From Podarcis gaigeae (taxonomy: Eukaryota), in the NCBI GenBank assembly GCA_964106915.2, contig OZ066920.1: DNA of 64,000 nt. One strand, given 5' to 3'. The notes below the pieces were generated by a model. That model worked only from the letters and a program-made list of their open reading frames with translations. It was not told where the DNA came from and did not search any database. Position numbers and translations under genes: made by a program. This document shows, piece after piece, positions 1-14,294 of this stretch (position 1 is the stretch's first letter; every line of letters begins with the position of its first letter).

Positions 1-650
1 TGTTCCAGATCACCACACCTTTACATCTGTGCTACTGGCTCTCAACCTTTGGGAATGTTGAAATATATAAACATACAAAAATAATTTAAAAATTGAGTCG
101 TGCAAATCAAATTAGATCTACTAGACCCAAAATTCTTAAATAATGTGGACTAAATTCTTTTCTGGGGACCCTGAAGCTTAAGCTTCATTAGTTTCGTGGC
201 AGATCCGCTCCTGACTACAGGACAGTGGAATTATTAGATGCAACTTTTTAAAGTCCACTCAGTACAGTAATTTAGAGATGCCAACTCCAATGTACAGCCC
301 TTTAGTCAAAGTGTAACATCTCAAAAATACGTTCAGAAAAAAGCAGATACTATTTGCTATGACAATTTCAAATTGTTTTAAAATAAGACTGCTATGCTTT
401 CTTAGAAAGTTCAGACTCATAAAATAAATTATACTAAGGGGCCAAAATATTTCCCCAAGAAAGCAAGAATATAATTTCCCCCCAGTAATGCCCCTGAACC
501 AAACTTAAACATCTAAGCATTTTCCAACATGTTCCTGAACTCAGGCTGAAGTCAGCAAACTTAACTCAATCAAAAAACACTGCCAGTTATTCTTGCTTTA
601 AATGCACACAAAGTTCAAGGTCTTTTTTTCAGTAATTCATTATATTAAGA

Positions 651-788
651 CAGGAGTTGGGAACCTGTGACCTTCCAGATGTTGTAGGACTAACAACTCC
701 TATCATCCCTGGCTATTGGCCATGATAACTAGGACTAATGTGAGTCAAAGTCCAATGTCATCTGGAGGGCCACAAGTTACCCAAACTG
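651..788. mobile_element. Short palindromic hAT-like MITE
   Basis: caggagttgggaacctgtgaccttccagatg...catctggagggccacaagttacccaaactg is self-complementary end to end. Degenerate 8-bp flanks tattaaga/cactaaga. Confidence 0.7.
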
Positions 789-1476
789 CACTAAGAGGTA
801 CACAGGCTGCTGGATCTCCTTGTGCCTCAGATGCTGATCCTTGTTTAAAGAAGAAATCACGTGACTCTTGTTCTAGCACACTGAGTAAGTGGGTAGATAT
901 CAAAGAGAAACTGGAATAAAGTGATACAATTTGTGACGTCTTAATTGTACCAGTACATACATCATTCACTTCCTGAATACAGATATGCTATCTGAGTCCT
1001 GGTTTGATTTACAATGGGTTAGATAGCAAACTTTGAATGATCAAAGTTAGACCGACTACTGCAACTCTAGTTCTATGCCCTGCACAAAGGTACTTGGGAC
1101 TGAAGGCCTTCCTGTTCATACCACCTTAAAGTTTGAACCACCTTAAAGCTTTCAGCAAGGCGTTTCAAATACATATGTAAAGATATGTTACTAATTCAAG
1201 CAATTGAAAATTACATCTTTTCTCATCAGTTGAGTGCATGAGCATTGTTAGATGTCGACAAAGGTCCTTAAGTTTCTCTTTCCCCCACCCCTGTGCTGCT
1301 TTTTTTTTTTAAACACAAAACTTATTATTTTACTACTTTGCTTATAGAGTAGTTGGGCACAAGGCAAAATACAATACCAGTTAGACTCCAGCCACCTGGC
1401 ATCTGAATATCTATAGATATTAGCATACACAAATTTATGTCCAGGGCACAAGGATTTGGGAATGGGGAATATAGAA

Positions 1477-1616
1477 CAGGGGTAAAAAACTTGAGTTTCT
1501 CCAGATGCCTCTGGACTACAACTTCCATCATCCCCTGAACAGTGGCTCTGATGGATAGAGCTGATGGGAGTTGGAGTCCTGCACTATCTGAAAAGCCACA
1601 ATTCCCCCCAAGTCTG
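1477..1616. mobile_element. Short palindromic hAT-like MITE (same family as 651-788)
   Basis: Same architecture: ccagatg..ggactacaacttccatcatccc...gctgatgggagttggagtcc..atctg. A partial copy is also at about 46313-46380. Confidence 0.65.
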
Positions 1617-1695
1617 CCTTGCAGTGACACTCAATTTATTTTAATCACAATTTCCATTTTAGAGTGTTGAAGTGGTACAAGAACACCACATGCAA

Positions 1696-1875
1696 GGGAT
1701 CATAGCACAGAGATAGGACACAAGCTGTGAATACAGATGGACAGGTTCAACCTCTTGCATCTCCAGCAGCTGATGAGAAAGACCCGAAGACCCTAGAAAG
1801 CCACTGCTCATCAAAGCAGACTTTACTGGGTTAGACAGACTCTGACCAACTATAAAGTAGCTTCCTATGCTTCTA
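1696..1875 (+). mobile_element. Degenerate tRNA-derived SINE (Squam3-like)
   Basis: Decayed A box (catagcacag) and B box (ggttcaacc), body gcatctccag...gaccctagaaagccactgc, tail gcttcctatg. Confidence 0.6.
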
Positions 1876-2020
1876 GGTTGCCATAAGTCAGACTCTCTTA
1901 GCTTCTCTCCTTAATCTGCATTATGGGAATATTATTATAATACATTTATTTATACCCTGCCTTTTCCCCAGACAGAAGAAACAAGAATCACTAAAATATA
2001 GAGAAAATAATTAGGGGGGA

Positions 2021-2021
<1 letters not shown>

Positions 2022-2073
<52 letters not shown>
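2022..2073. repeat. (ATT)n microsatellite, tail of the adjacent minus-strand L2
   Basis: About 17 perfect ATT units. Confidence 0.95.
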
Positions 2074-2075
<2 letters not shown>

Positions 2076-2550
2076 ACCCTCTGGGTGGCTTCCAATCAAG
2101 TATTAAAATACAGTAATATATCAAACATTATTAAAAGCTTCCCTAAACAGGGCTACCTTCAGATGTCTTCTTAATTAATAGAATTAAAACTTTATATGGG
2201 TATAATAGCCTTTTAAAATATAGAAATAATTACAATAAAAATAGCATGGCAACAGCTCTTTTATTAAAAGCATTCAATTCCCCAAAGTCTGTTGGAACAA
2301 GGTCTTCACCTGCTGGTGGAAGGACAAAAAGGATGGAGCCAGTCTAGTGTCTCTAGGGAGGTAGCTCTGGGAGCAGCCACTGAGAAGGCCCTTTCCTGTG
2401 TCCCCACCAATCGTGCCTGTGAGGGTGGCAGGACCAAGAGAAGGACCTTTCCTGAAGATTTCAAAACCCAGGTAGGTTTGTATGAAGGAATATGGTCTTT
2501 CAGATGGAGCTGAGCCATTTAGGGCTTTATAGGTCATAACCAGCACTTTA
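2074..2550 (-). mobile_element. Two L2-clade LINE 3' fragments (about 2074-2170 and 2275-2550)
   Basis: Minus-strand peptides LVMTYKALNG and RLVGTQERAFSVAAP are typical of the L2 ORF2 C-terminus and are frameshifted. 3' UTR-like sequence leads into the ATT tail. Confidence 0.75.
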
Positions 2551-2938
2551 CAGGGCTGTCTTAAGTTACTTTGCTATCTATAAGATGTAATATAATAGCA
2601 AAACTAGAGTACCATACAGCATTGTCCACACCCTCTCTTAGTCTTGGACCTTCCCCCTCATCACACTATTCACACAATTTCTTTCAGATTCCTGTCATCT
2701 ATCTCTAATATGGTGATAGCACTGGAAAGTTCATTTCTCCCCTCCTAATGCAGGAAATGAACATTTGTCTTTGTTTCTATTTTTGACCTGGGGTGGGGAA
2801 CACTATTGCCAAATTACTGCAGCAGTGAGGTCCTGTATTTCTAGACTGTTTCCTATGAGAAGCTGTTATTGTTAACACACTAATGAAATGGTAGAGGCAT
2901 AAAAAAATCAGGTCCACAGATTAAGCAACTGTCAAACA

Positions 2939-2980
<42 letters not shown>

Positions 2981-2981
2981 C
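2939..2981. repeat. (TATC)n microsatellite
   Basis: About 10 perfect units. Confidence 0.95.
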
Positions 2982-5900
2982 CTACCAACCAAGGATTTGG
3001 CAACAAACAGCTAAGTGCAGGATGCAGTGCATAAATCGCAACTAAGATTTGGAAGCGAATAAAAACAGAGAATATTTCATAAAAAACTGCTGTTTCATAC
3101 TTGCTGAACTTATAGTTCTGTTACATGACTGTGCTCCACCCACTGACAAATGATGACCCCAATTTTCTTCTCTCACCCACACAATTATACTTAATGTGCA
3201 GCTAAAGCTTGTAACCAAAGAAGTGCTTTGGCCCCGTTGAGGGGATTAATACTGGTCCTTGTGACACTGCCATATGAGTGAGATCTGGATTCGGTTGGCT
3301 TGCTGTGCCTGGAGATCAGGACAGTGAGAAAGATCCAGGGCTGGTTTGAGGCAATGTTGGGTATCCCTGTTGCAGTAGCTAGATATTTTAAAAATCAACT
3401 GATATCTGTAGAGGATCTGAACTGTTCTTCAGTCTGCAATGACTCAATCTGATGATATGGTAGTGACAACTTCTTGGCTTCCAGGCTTGGCAGGCACTTT
3501 GAAGGGTCAGTCTACCTTGCCCTCTAAAGACACCCTGAGTCTTCCACATGTTAAGACTGGGTCATTACAGGCCTGTACCTTGGACTCATGAAGGTGGAGT
3601 TTTAGGTTTGGCTGTGCCATTAGTTTGCTGCCTGCTCTTGTGCAAGTGACTTGATCTCTTTAATCCCCACTTTCTCTACGTACATAAAAAGAAAACAGCA
3701 AACATTTCTTCTGTATGGTGCCTGGAGTCTGAGTAACCAGAGCTATGCAAGCAATATCATTATGTAAACTCTTTTACCATACTACAGATCTGAGTTCCGT
3801 AACTATATGAATACACGTCTACGCAAAACCTTTTGGTTTGAAACTGGAGTCTTACTAGTTTACCTGTTCAAGTTGTCAACACACTGTCAATTATGTGGAA
3901 ATTGAAGTGGATTTTTTTCAATCATGAAAACATATCTGCCTTTTAAACAATTGGAGTTTATCTCCTCCAGATCCATTGCATAAATCCTTTGTTTCTAATC
4001 CATCTAATTAACCTTGAGTCAGACATATTAACAAACACAAATGTTTACACATGTCACCTATAATATGAAATCCACAGCCAATGATTCAAAATTCTAACCT
4101 CTTGGCTCTAAACTCTAAACCTCAAACAAAAGAAGAATTATGGTGTGACAACTGGATGTACAAACAGGGCTCTAAATATTGTGTTTCTACTGTTTACACA
4201 AACACACCAATACATGGAATATCAACATGGGGGACAAAATCATGCAATGGATAGTGTAGTGCCACTGAAAATGGGAGACTCTGTTCTAATCCCTAAGCAG
4301 GTAAGACGTTCACAACCAGAGAAGTTACATTTTCTTAGTCATTCTTACTTCATAGGATAACAACTGTTAATAAACATTCACAATAAATGTGTTTTAAAAT
4401 ATTATGCAGTGGGCAAGACATGCAAGTTAGGGATGGAGAAGAATTTTGTTTGGTCTGCATTTTTAAGTGAACTAGTTAAGCGAAGTCCTACTGAAATGAA
4501 CTTCGCAAGCCCTTCTTTGAATTTTTGTGATATAGGATTCGTTTCAAAAAAATAGTTAACATCAGTAACATGTGTATTTTAGGATAAAACTAATTTAGAA
4601 ATATGAACATTAAAATAAACCACATATTTAAATGTACAATTGAGATTAAATCTGTATTTAAATACAGATTTTATAATAAAATAATACTTATGTGTTTAAA
4701 TTTTCATATTGAAACCGACTTACGAATAGACATTTGCAAAACTGGCACAGACTAGAAATCAACTGGTCTGACTGTCCCCAATGCATGATCATAATGTTGA
4801 CTGTTGTTAAAAGAAGCCCACAGTGCTATTTAAAGCCATACTCCTTTTGAAAGTTGTTGCCTTTCCAAGCTGTCAAGTCTGCTTCCCTGCAGATTTTCAA
4901 AGATCTAGAAGGGTTTCTTTGGGGAACTTTTCCCCAAAAGTTCTAACTTTTCCCTTAGGATGGGTTGTTTCCACAAGTATAATTCTGTTAAGTCTGCAAA
5001 GCACGTCAATTACGTAACATCATTCTTCCATTGTTCTTGTTTTCTGTTGAAGACAGTTCCACATACTTGAGCACAGGTGTACCCAACTCAGCCAGAAGGC
5101 ATCTGGCAAGGGAAGCTTTTGAACATAAAAACCAATGACTCAAGCCAAAGAGAGGGGAGTTGTTAACTTTACACACACTGTACAAACTCCTGTAAGTGCT
5201 ACTTTATGCCTAATCATAAAATCTTATATTTGAAAATGTTTACTTTTACCCAAGCAACACTTTGGATAGGAATATGAAGGCAAACAACAATGAACACTTA
5301 ATCCTGCTTGGAACTAAAACGTAGTCAAACTTCTTTTTTTTTAACTGGCATGCTCTTACTTTCTTCTCTCTGCTTTTCCTAAGATCTCCTATGTTAAAAA
5401 GAAAAATAGAAGCTTTTATTTCTGTGCTTTGTTTCCAACACCATAAAATATGAGGTGATAGGAGGACACAAAGAGAACATTGGCCACTTGCCATTCCCCT
5501 GTGGGTCTAAAACAACAATTTCTAGCATTCATTACAATTGTCAACAAGAAAACCATCAAATACAGTGCCAAAGAAGTAAAGCTGAAACACTTAGGAGGAT
5601 GAAAAATGCCACAAAAAACTGTTCACACAAACGTTACTGCTAAGAGTGCCAGCCCAATGTGGACTGATACTGTATTGTTGAACAATAGATGAGTGGGACA
5701 GAATCATTACAGCAGGAGGAATAGCCATGATGCAGGGAGATTGCCTAGTCAACTTATTAGTTTCAAACAATGAATATGCACAATTTAAAGTTGGAACTAG
5801 GAGCACAATGAAGACTCAACTTTAAATTTCCCTGTGAAGAAAAACAATCTCAGGAGGCTCAAAAGCTTAAACAGGCAAGTGCTGAATGAGTGGGGAAGAT

Positions 5901-8095
5901 GGAAGATTTTAATCCTTTAACTATTGGCTGTTTTCTAGCTTCCCAACATCCCCAACTGCAACTTACAGACAGGCAAGTAGCTAGCGAAATTATGAACATG
6001 GAAACCCCCAGAAAGTTAAGGGTTAAGTGCCCCTTCCTCCCCCAGGTTGCTTATTAATATAAATAAATTAGGACTCTGTTACATATATTTGCGTGTAGCA
6101 TCTAGTTTGGCTCTAGGAATGTGCCTTAGCACCTCCATTGGTATATTTCAGCAAGAAGTATGCAGCCTAAAAGCCTTTTGAACTTAAATCTCAATGGCTA
6201 GTGATTAATGGGAATGAGAAAGAAGGGATAACTTGGAAGTGTGGAAGAATTTTGGCCCAGAAGTCCAGATTCCTATCTGTCCCCACCCTACAGGTTAACT
6301 TTGATGGGTGGGTAGGACAACCCACCTGTCAAAGGCCTTCCTGAAGCAATTTGGAAGCCATGTGCTCATCTCAACTCAAGCTCTGAGCACAGGGCTTGCA
6401 AAGTTCATTTCAGTAGGACTTACAGCAGCTGTGTGATCAGGTTCCCCATGAGAAACTGAATCACACAGGTGGTCCAGCTGCATCTCTATATGCCCTACAC
6501 ATGATGTCAGGTATGGGACAGCTGAATCTTCCAATCATGCTCAAGGCTTTGCCCACAGACATTTCAAGAATCAAATCATTGAAGACTAGTAGCAACTAGA
6601 TGGTTGCTATATCCAGATGTGAGGGAAAGAATAAAGTAAAGGGGGTGGGGGTGGGAAGTGTTTGTAGGCATTGCCACCAGCTGATAGTTCAGATACAGCA
6701 GCATACTAAGAAACTCAAGGCAACAAACTAATTAACATTGAGGTCTGAACCCCATCAATACCAGTCCCCTTCCTCTGCAAACAGGTCTGTTAACCAAACG
6801 TATTTGTGGAAGCAACTACATGTGACATCTGGAAATGCATGGTTGGACCTCCAGTAGGTTTTTGTTTAAGTTTAATTGAGTTGCATGGGCTCCCAACTAC
6901 AGTTGAAGATGAAGCACTGGTGGAAGCAGGGTTACACACTTTCTTTATGCTCCCCGCCCCCATGACACTCTCCCAGCTTCTATTTGCACTTCAAGGGGAA
7001 ATATATAAATCCTATACCAGATAACTCATTCTGGGACGAAAATAAAGCCAGAACCTAGGATTTACCTACATCAGAAAAGTAGTCGCTTCTCTTTCATCAC
7101 TGACCTTATGGTCTATGTGACTGTATGTTATAGTTTCTAAGGGGATTTAACAAGACTCCAAAAGTTAAGATGATCCAATCTCATCTCATTGATCTCTGAG
7201 CTCATCTGTCTCTTGCATGTTTGCCTTGAGCAACAACACAGAAGCAAGAAAAGTACAGATATCCCCAAAAATCCTGTGAGCCACTGTATTTTAAGAAACA
7301 TTAATAGGGAAACAAAACAAATAAAACCTCAAATGGCAGCAAGACAGCAGATGAATTGCTGCTAGATTTCCAGTAAAGATACTTTTATAATAATTTGCTT
7401 TAATGTATCACAGCAGGACACTACTTTTTTCTACATTCCACTTCTCTTATCAGCCACTGTGGATATATTTTGGTCAGCTATCTAATACAGCTTTCTTTTA
7501 ACATATGTTAAACCCCACAATAAAAAGAAGCTAAATGCATGCGCAAGCAATGAAATGTGCAGTCAAACTTAGAAAAGGCTTTTACTGCAACAGCTACCAT
7601 GCTTGAAGAACCAAATCAAAGTTCACTTTTCAAAGTGGTTAGCCTCTTCAGCTGTTAAATTTGCTACATCTCCATATATATATATTTGTTAAAAAATAAA
7701 AATTACTCTGCTCTTCAAGCCAAAAATGGCTCCTAAGCTGGTCTGTAAATCACTAAACACAGATAGTTCCTGCCCTTTAGCTTACCCTTAAAAAGATAGT
7801 TCCTGCCCTTATAAAGAAAAACGTATTAGGGGGGAGAAGGAAACAAGCAAACTCAGGAACAAGTTCTTAATTGCAAGTTCTTCTAGAGACCAGATGCGAT
7901 GGAAAAGCTTAAGGAGAGGAGGTGTCAGAAGTTGCTGATCTCTTGACTATGTTGGTGGAGTGGCCCTCACTCCATCTGTTCCGTCCTCTGCTGCAGTCAG
8001 ATGTAAAAGCTGCCATCAGGTAGCAGTTCATAGAGAGAGGAGCCTGGCTTCTTGCTGATGGTAGCCCTGCATCTCTCCTCTCTTACAGCCTAATG

Positions 8096-8410
8096 CAGGG
8101 GTCAGCAACCTAAGGCCTATGGGCCACAAGTGGCCTATGGGGGTCGTTCAACCGGCCCATGGACCCCCGCTGCCCGCTCAGTTGGCTCCCGTGCGCCACA
8201 CTAAACCGGCGCAGAACAGAGCGGGGACTGTCTTCCGCGACGCTGGCCGGCTTCCCATTGGCTCCTGCAGCCAATGGGAAGCTGCACACGCCTCCTCCAT
8301 GCTGGAAGGAGTGCCGGAATTTGTGTTTGCGCATGTGTGCATGCGCGCACACTCCGGCCCACTGCGCGACCGTGAACCGGCCCAAGCCACAAAAACTTTG
8401 CCGACCCCTG
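8096..8410. mobile_element. Young non-autonomous hAT element (315 bp)
   Basis: TIRs caggggtcagcaa / ttgccgacccctg. 8-bp TSD gcctaatg/gtctaatg. CpG-rich interior in a CpG-poor background. Confidence 0.88.
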
Positions 8411-9091
8411 GTCTAATGGAATGGCTGTTAAGCTTAAAATAAAAAATGAGGCCCTGCCTTTTAAGTATTTCTTTGCACAACGTACTTCATTAAGAACAAC
8501 AGAATTAAATGATGGGCACAGTTTGATTTCACTCCCAAAGGTGCACTATTCCACTGTCTCTCAAGACAGACAGATGCCAACAAAACCTGCCACTAAGTAG
8601 CAACAGTCCTCAGCCTTCTCGTGTATTTTTCTGATACAGCCACAATAAGAACAGGTTGTCTACTTCTAAGACAATATAGTTGTTTTGTGTCTCATTAGTG
8701 TTAAATGACTTTTAGCATTAAATGATCAATGCCTTAATAGTAACACAGTCACATAGTGAAATCTTTAGTTTGAGGTAAGAACTATGAAAATATCAAATAG
8801 GTTTTTGTAGCACAACTGCAATCAGGACACCCTATTGCTGTTGCAAACTTCTTCCTGTTTGCAGTGAAGATCCTAAGTAGTATTAGCAAGTACAGGGGTA
8901 CAGCCTGGGAGTGGTGCACAGGGAACTGCTCAAAAACATAGGCAGCATATATTTTAGAAGTACAACTGTATTAATAATACAGGCTGTCCAACTTCACATC
9001 ACTAATATAAGGATGTGTCTTCATTGAAAACAAAAGCAAAAGCAGTACACTCTGCCCCAAGTCGTTTTCATAGTAATCAAATGTTTCTTAC

Positions 9092-9186
9092 CAATGTGAT
9101 CATCAGAAATACACTGATGCTTCCAAAAGCTAATGGCGGCCCTCTTTCGGTTCTGGAGTCTGTTCAGTCTCTCTGCAAGCCCGCCC
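9092..9186 (-). CDS. SPIDR: SPIDR internal coding exon (95 bp, phase 2 to 1; probably equivalent to human exon 7)
   Basis: Acceptor ttcattctccgtAG|GGGCGGG and donor ATTG|GTAAGA. Encodes (R)GGLAERLNRLQNRKRAAISFWKHQCISDDHI(G), matching the conserved SPIDR motif GGLAERLNxLQNRxRxAISxWxHQC. Phase matches the upstream exon. Absent from the ORF track. Confidence 0.93.
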
Positions 9187-11610
9187 CTACGGAGAATGAA
9201 GAATTATTCAGTTATACCAATATTTTACCTTTGTTCCCCAAAGTACCAAGGAACAGACATGATGCCTCATTTAGAGCCAAAAGGGTGCTATAAATCAACA
9301 CTTGCATATATTTGTAAAGCACATCAGCATATTATATAATCTACATTTAGTATAAGTTGTTTTCATACACAGTTTTCCAGGAATAAAAACCAAAGCAATT
9401 CTGAAAGGGGCACAAGAGCACTCCTTGGGTCAAAGCGGCTCTTCTGCTGAAGAGTGTAATTTCAGCCACAACTGAGTGCACTTTTGACCATTAGCCTAGA
9501 GCAGATTACTGGAAGATGTGTGACCACTGGCAAGGAACGCATCCCAAAATACTTCTCACACATACTTGACCTCATGATTCATATCATAAGCTGGGTCAAG
9601 TATGTACTTTCAGTGGTCTGAAAATTGTCCACGGCAGAAACAGTTCAGTGTTCACAAGGGGAAGTGGCAAGCAAAGCAAATAAACTGAAGGTAATATTGT
9701 AGCAACCTATCTACAATTCAGATCAAAAACAGCCTATGTTAAAAACAAATATCATTTTATCTGAAGTTACCTTTTTGCTAATGACTGTCAGGTAAATGGC
9801 TGAATTATGCAGTGAATTATCTTTAACTACTCAGGTGAGCTCTCTTAGGATCCCCCTCTTTGTGAGGTTAAATTTGTTGTGAAGGTAGGATGGAGAACAT
9901 AATAAGGCCCAATCTCCTAGGACCCAGTGTTATAAATTTTTTAGTATTTCTAAACTGCTTATTACTTTAAAAACTCTCTAAGCGGTATACAAAATCACAA
10001 TATAATAACAAAAGAGTACCTATAGAGTTCCAGCTGAACTGAGCTACTTGGTAATTTATTTGGAGCGTGAATCCTGTAATTTTTAAAAGCCAATATCCTA
10101 ATTTTACCAATTATGCTTTCAAGAAAACAGCTAAAGTCACAAGAATTGAGAAGCAAATAAAGGTAAATGATTGATTTGTACTTTGGTAGTAATAAAAAGC
10201 TCAAGGAGTCCAGAGTATTTTATAATCACTTGGGATCTCTTAACCAATTATTTGCCGGACAAAAAGTAAATTGAGAGAATTGAAAAAAGAAGAAAATATG
10301 CAAACACTGCATAAATGCCATTGTCTCTCTGCTACCTAGCCCTTTTTCTTTTTGTGTACAATGGCAAAACTCTTTAAATTAATTGCATCAAAAAAGCTCA
10401 CTGCCCATGAATGCAAGGACAGCATGCAGGCTCAAATGACCCTATATTTAGTCTTGCATTCAAACCTTTGACAGTCTTCTTAGTTTCCACTGAAGACAAA
10501 TCTGATCACAACAGCAATAAAAAAATGAGACAATCACAGTAACAATGAGAGTAACAGATGAGCTCAGCCTGTTAATTCTTTCACATAAGAAGAGAGAGTG
10601 CTACTGTGAGCATGTCCTACTCAGGGGCTTCTCATAGGAATAGAATGCTGAACCAAACAGGCATTTGGTCTGAACAAGCAGGGCTCTTCTTATGAGAAAC
10701 ATGCAATTTTTCAATATACCACTTCCTGAAGAGTATGTCTGGCTCTTCTAAAGTCAGTGTATGTGCCCACTTGTGCATGAATGTGTATGCACAAACACCT
10801 CCTGTTCCATCAGCAATAACAGCGAGAATTGCTCTTACTGGGGAAATTGAAACAGTAAATGCAGAGGGGATAGGGACTGAACAAACGGATTAAGGACAAA
10901 TATAGATACAGAAAATGGAAACAGGGATAGATAAAACGTATGGTAAATAGCAGAAGTGCTTCAACTGTTATGTGTGTTTGCACATCTTTAATTGTGTATT
11001 GAAAAACAAAACTGAATGCAACTCATGAAGTGAAGGAGTTATTTATTTTCACATTCAGTCTATTAACATTTTGGAGTAGTCTACCGCATAGAAGCTTGGT
11101 CCACTAAAGCTGGAATATGAATCATTTGTTTGAAGCTCAAAATAAGATGGAACTTTTGGGTTCAGAGCAGTTTGCATTTGATGTCATGTAGGCCTGCTAC
11201 AGAGGCAATGCTGCATCATGTTATCAAGCACTTGTCCCTCCTCACCTTTCGTACAAGCATTCTATACCCCCCTTTCCGTTTTGGAGGCAGCCATGGTTGG
11301 TAGAGAAATGATTCTAACCACAGTACCAACTGAAGCTGGAAACCACAGTTAAAAGCAGATTTGAAGCCTGGTTTGATGCCAACTATAGGTGGGAGAGGGA
11401 AGAGAGTCGGAACATACCAGATGCACTCAATCACCAAACTACGGTGCTATATCTGCACAATGTGTTGTGTAGAGCACAGTGAAGTTTCTGACATTTATCT
11501 ACCTCTTAATTTCATCTCAAAAGAGGTTTGCAGAGCCATTTCTTACTTTGCCCTCTCATAAGCATAGGCTGTGGCCTAATACACACTCCGAGCATTACTC
11601 CATTTAGCTG

Positions 11611-11714
11611 TGGCTCTCCAGGGTTCCAGGTAAGCATTTATCTCATCCCATCTGGAGATGCCAGGGACTGAACCTAGAGCCTTTTGCATGCAAAGCAGAT
11701 GTTCTACCACTGAG
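11611..11714 (-). mobile_element. Squam3-like SINE 5' part
   Basis: Reverse complement reads ctcagtggtagaacatctgctttgcatgcaaaaggctctaggttcagtccctggcatctccag, a tRNA-like head. Confidence 0.7.
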
Positions 11715-12754
11715 TCGCTTACAGCATTGAGAGATATGCTATGAAGGGGCTTACAAAATGAACTGACTGGAATAGGAAGAAAAAGAAGGGCTTCTATGAG
11801 ACTGGTAGAATGTTAACTTATTCAATTAACAGATACGCACTTGTGCCATTCAACTAAAAACCCATTTAATTTCAGTGCTCTCTTTTCCTGTAGAATGCAT
11901 TTTACTTTCAAAGTTATGGCTCATCTCACAGGAAAAAGACTTTGTTTTACTGTGTGGTATTTTAGAACATTCTGTATTTCTACAACTTTGATAAGGTTAA
12001 GTCTATTAAATCGGTCAGATATTAGTGTTTAACTATTCAACAGCAGAAAGCGTGTTTATATAACAATATGAAAGTTTTGTTTTGTTTTCTATCACAAATA
12101 TTACAATGTGGAGAAAAGCTAAGACCAGCACTACTAAAATGTGAGTAACTTTACAGGGGGGGGGGGAATGCTATAAAATTGATCATCATTATCTACGGTA
12201 ATTTGTTCAAATATATGTCTCACATCTATGAAAATATTAATGTGATGGTGTGGTGCATTATTGCTAATTTTACTTCAAACTTACCCAATGACAACAGCCC
12301 CACCCAGACTTCCAAACAATATAATTGTGGCACACAATGTGAATGGAACTTAACACTTTCAAATGCACTACAAACATTGTGTTCAAAATTCAGATAAGTA
12401 ATTATCGATATGAAAAACAGATATGACACAGTTGTGCAAGATAGAAATATTTGAATCAGCACAGTAGAAGGAAATGTTAAGGTGGTGGTTATTGTAGTAA
12501 ACTCATCATAAGATGATTTGCTGCAGTGACTGTGTGAATGCTTTGAAAAACTGTATACATATATCACTAGAGAGCTAAAAATGAATTAACTCATGACTTA
12601 CAGTGACTTAAAATGGCATGATTCATGATTTAAAATGGCCAACCCTTTCAAAAAGCATTTGAATGTTAAAACTCTTAGATTTTGCTCATGTTGAAACTAT
12701 TCTTTTTATTATTACCAGAATGCTACAATGAAAAAAACCCCAAAACATATATAC

Positions 12755-13011
12755 CTCAGAAATTTTCTTTTCTTTGCAGAATCTTCTGGAGTCTTCATGT
12801 TCTTGTCTCTCTTTTTCTCTGGTGTCTGTAGAAGCATCTGAGCAGATTTTAACCAGTCACTTGCTGACCTTCCTGTATCTGTTTCAATCCCTGCTCCAAA
12901 ATTGAACTCGGGCTTTTTATGGAATTCTAAATCAGCAGCTTTAGTTTCTGCTTGGCATTTTTCCAGACTTTCACTGTCTGATGAATATTCTGAAATTTCT
13001 AAAGAAATTGT
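12755..13011 (-). CDS. SPIDR: SPIDR internal coding exon (257 bp, phase 0 to 2; probably equivalent to human exon 6)
   Basis: Acceptor tttcttttatgcAG|ACAATT and donor CTGAG|GTATAT. Encodes TISLEISEYSSDSES...GRSASDWLKSAQMLLQTPEKKRDKNMKTPEDSAKKRKFLR. EYSSDSE and TPEDSAKK are SPIDR-like. Lies within track ORF 12712..13017. Confidence 0.92.
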
Positions 13012-14294
13012 CTGCATAAAAGAAATATATAATTCAATAATTAGAAGAGAAGCAAACCAAATGTCACATCAATTAATAGGAACACAAAAATGTATTGCTT
13101 TGGCAAGCAGTACGAGTAATTTGTCCAATATATTCAGAAAGTCATAACAGTATAGATGCATGCATTTGATAAATCAGAAGCTTGTCAGAAAGCAATCTTT
13201 TTTTTAGTCATTGGCAGAACACTGGTAAAGAAGGAGCCAAATGAAGCTTCCAAAGCAGGGAGTTCCACGTTATGGGTGCCACACCCTCACCATCACAATG
13301 GATAGGCAGATTCACTTGAGAAGAGCGGGTCACAAGCCATTTAGTGTTTTAAAGGTAATGTACAGCATTTTGTACCCCTAAACTGTGAACCTGCTTTTAA
13401 TGAGTGTGCAACCCCATTGGGAAACACTCACAATTCCCATTTCCTCCCATAATTTCAAAGTAGAGAAAATCAAGTTATGCCCAAGAGCCTCTCATGCTAA
13501 CAGGCTTCTCCTAAAAGAGCTTATTTATGAAGGTACTTAATAAATTACACATGTAACAAATATATGCGGTCTATACTTTGGCACACACAAAGTTCTGCAC
13601 AATATGAAAGAAGTTCAAAACAAGAGAAAATCTGAACAACATGAGGGCTAAATTACAGTTTAGAAGGGAGCAATTGGGAATGCAAAAAACCAGATACTAA
13701 AGGGATGCACAACCCTTTCCCCACTCTAAACTGCTCTGACCCTGGGCACCCTAAGCTTAGTTTTGAAGGAACTCCTGAATGCCCTCTCCTGAGATGGCTG
13801 TTCATGCCAAAAAGAAGGCTAAAGCTAAGTCTGTGTAACATGTAGCTTGGCTCTTCCCATTCATTAATTTAAACCAGAAGGTTTCTATTTTAAAAACTTG
13901 CACCTGCACACTTGCAATGAGCACATGCAGCTCCACATTCATTCCAGTGAAGAGTTCAAATCTGTGCATGCCTGATCTACATGTACATGGATCTCAGGAC
14001 TGGGGTCATATGACAATGGGCCCCTCCCTCACAGCTTTCTGCTCTTTTGCTTAACTTTATACACCTCTTATCCTATCTCCTTCCTATCTCTATTAACAAA
14101 CAAACAAAATACAGTTACAGATTTCAGCGAAGAACATATATCTCTGCAATTACACATTCTGAACAAACATAATGTGCTCAATAGGATATTTGGGAGGAAA
14201 AACACATTTAGATTTGCTCAATTTAGCCTTTACAGTGTGGATGAACAAGTATATATATACATGCAGAATTGAGAGAAGGGTTTGGCACATAATA

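Noticed and set aside
7761-7810. 17-bp direct repeat agatagttcctgccctt (also accaccttaaag at about 1120-1149)
   Set aside because: These are ordinary local slippage duplications with no further structure.
8110-8480. Cluster of five overlapping ORFs and a possible CpG-island promoter
   Set aside because: These are by-products of the GC-rich hAT MITE bounded by TIRs and a TSD.
1-9091. Next downstream SPIDR exon
   Set aside because: No matching phase-1 exon was recognised in this interval. It probably lies beyond the window start.
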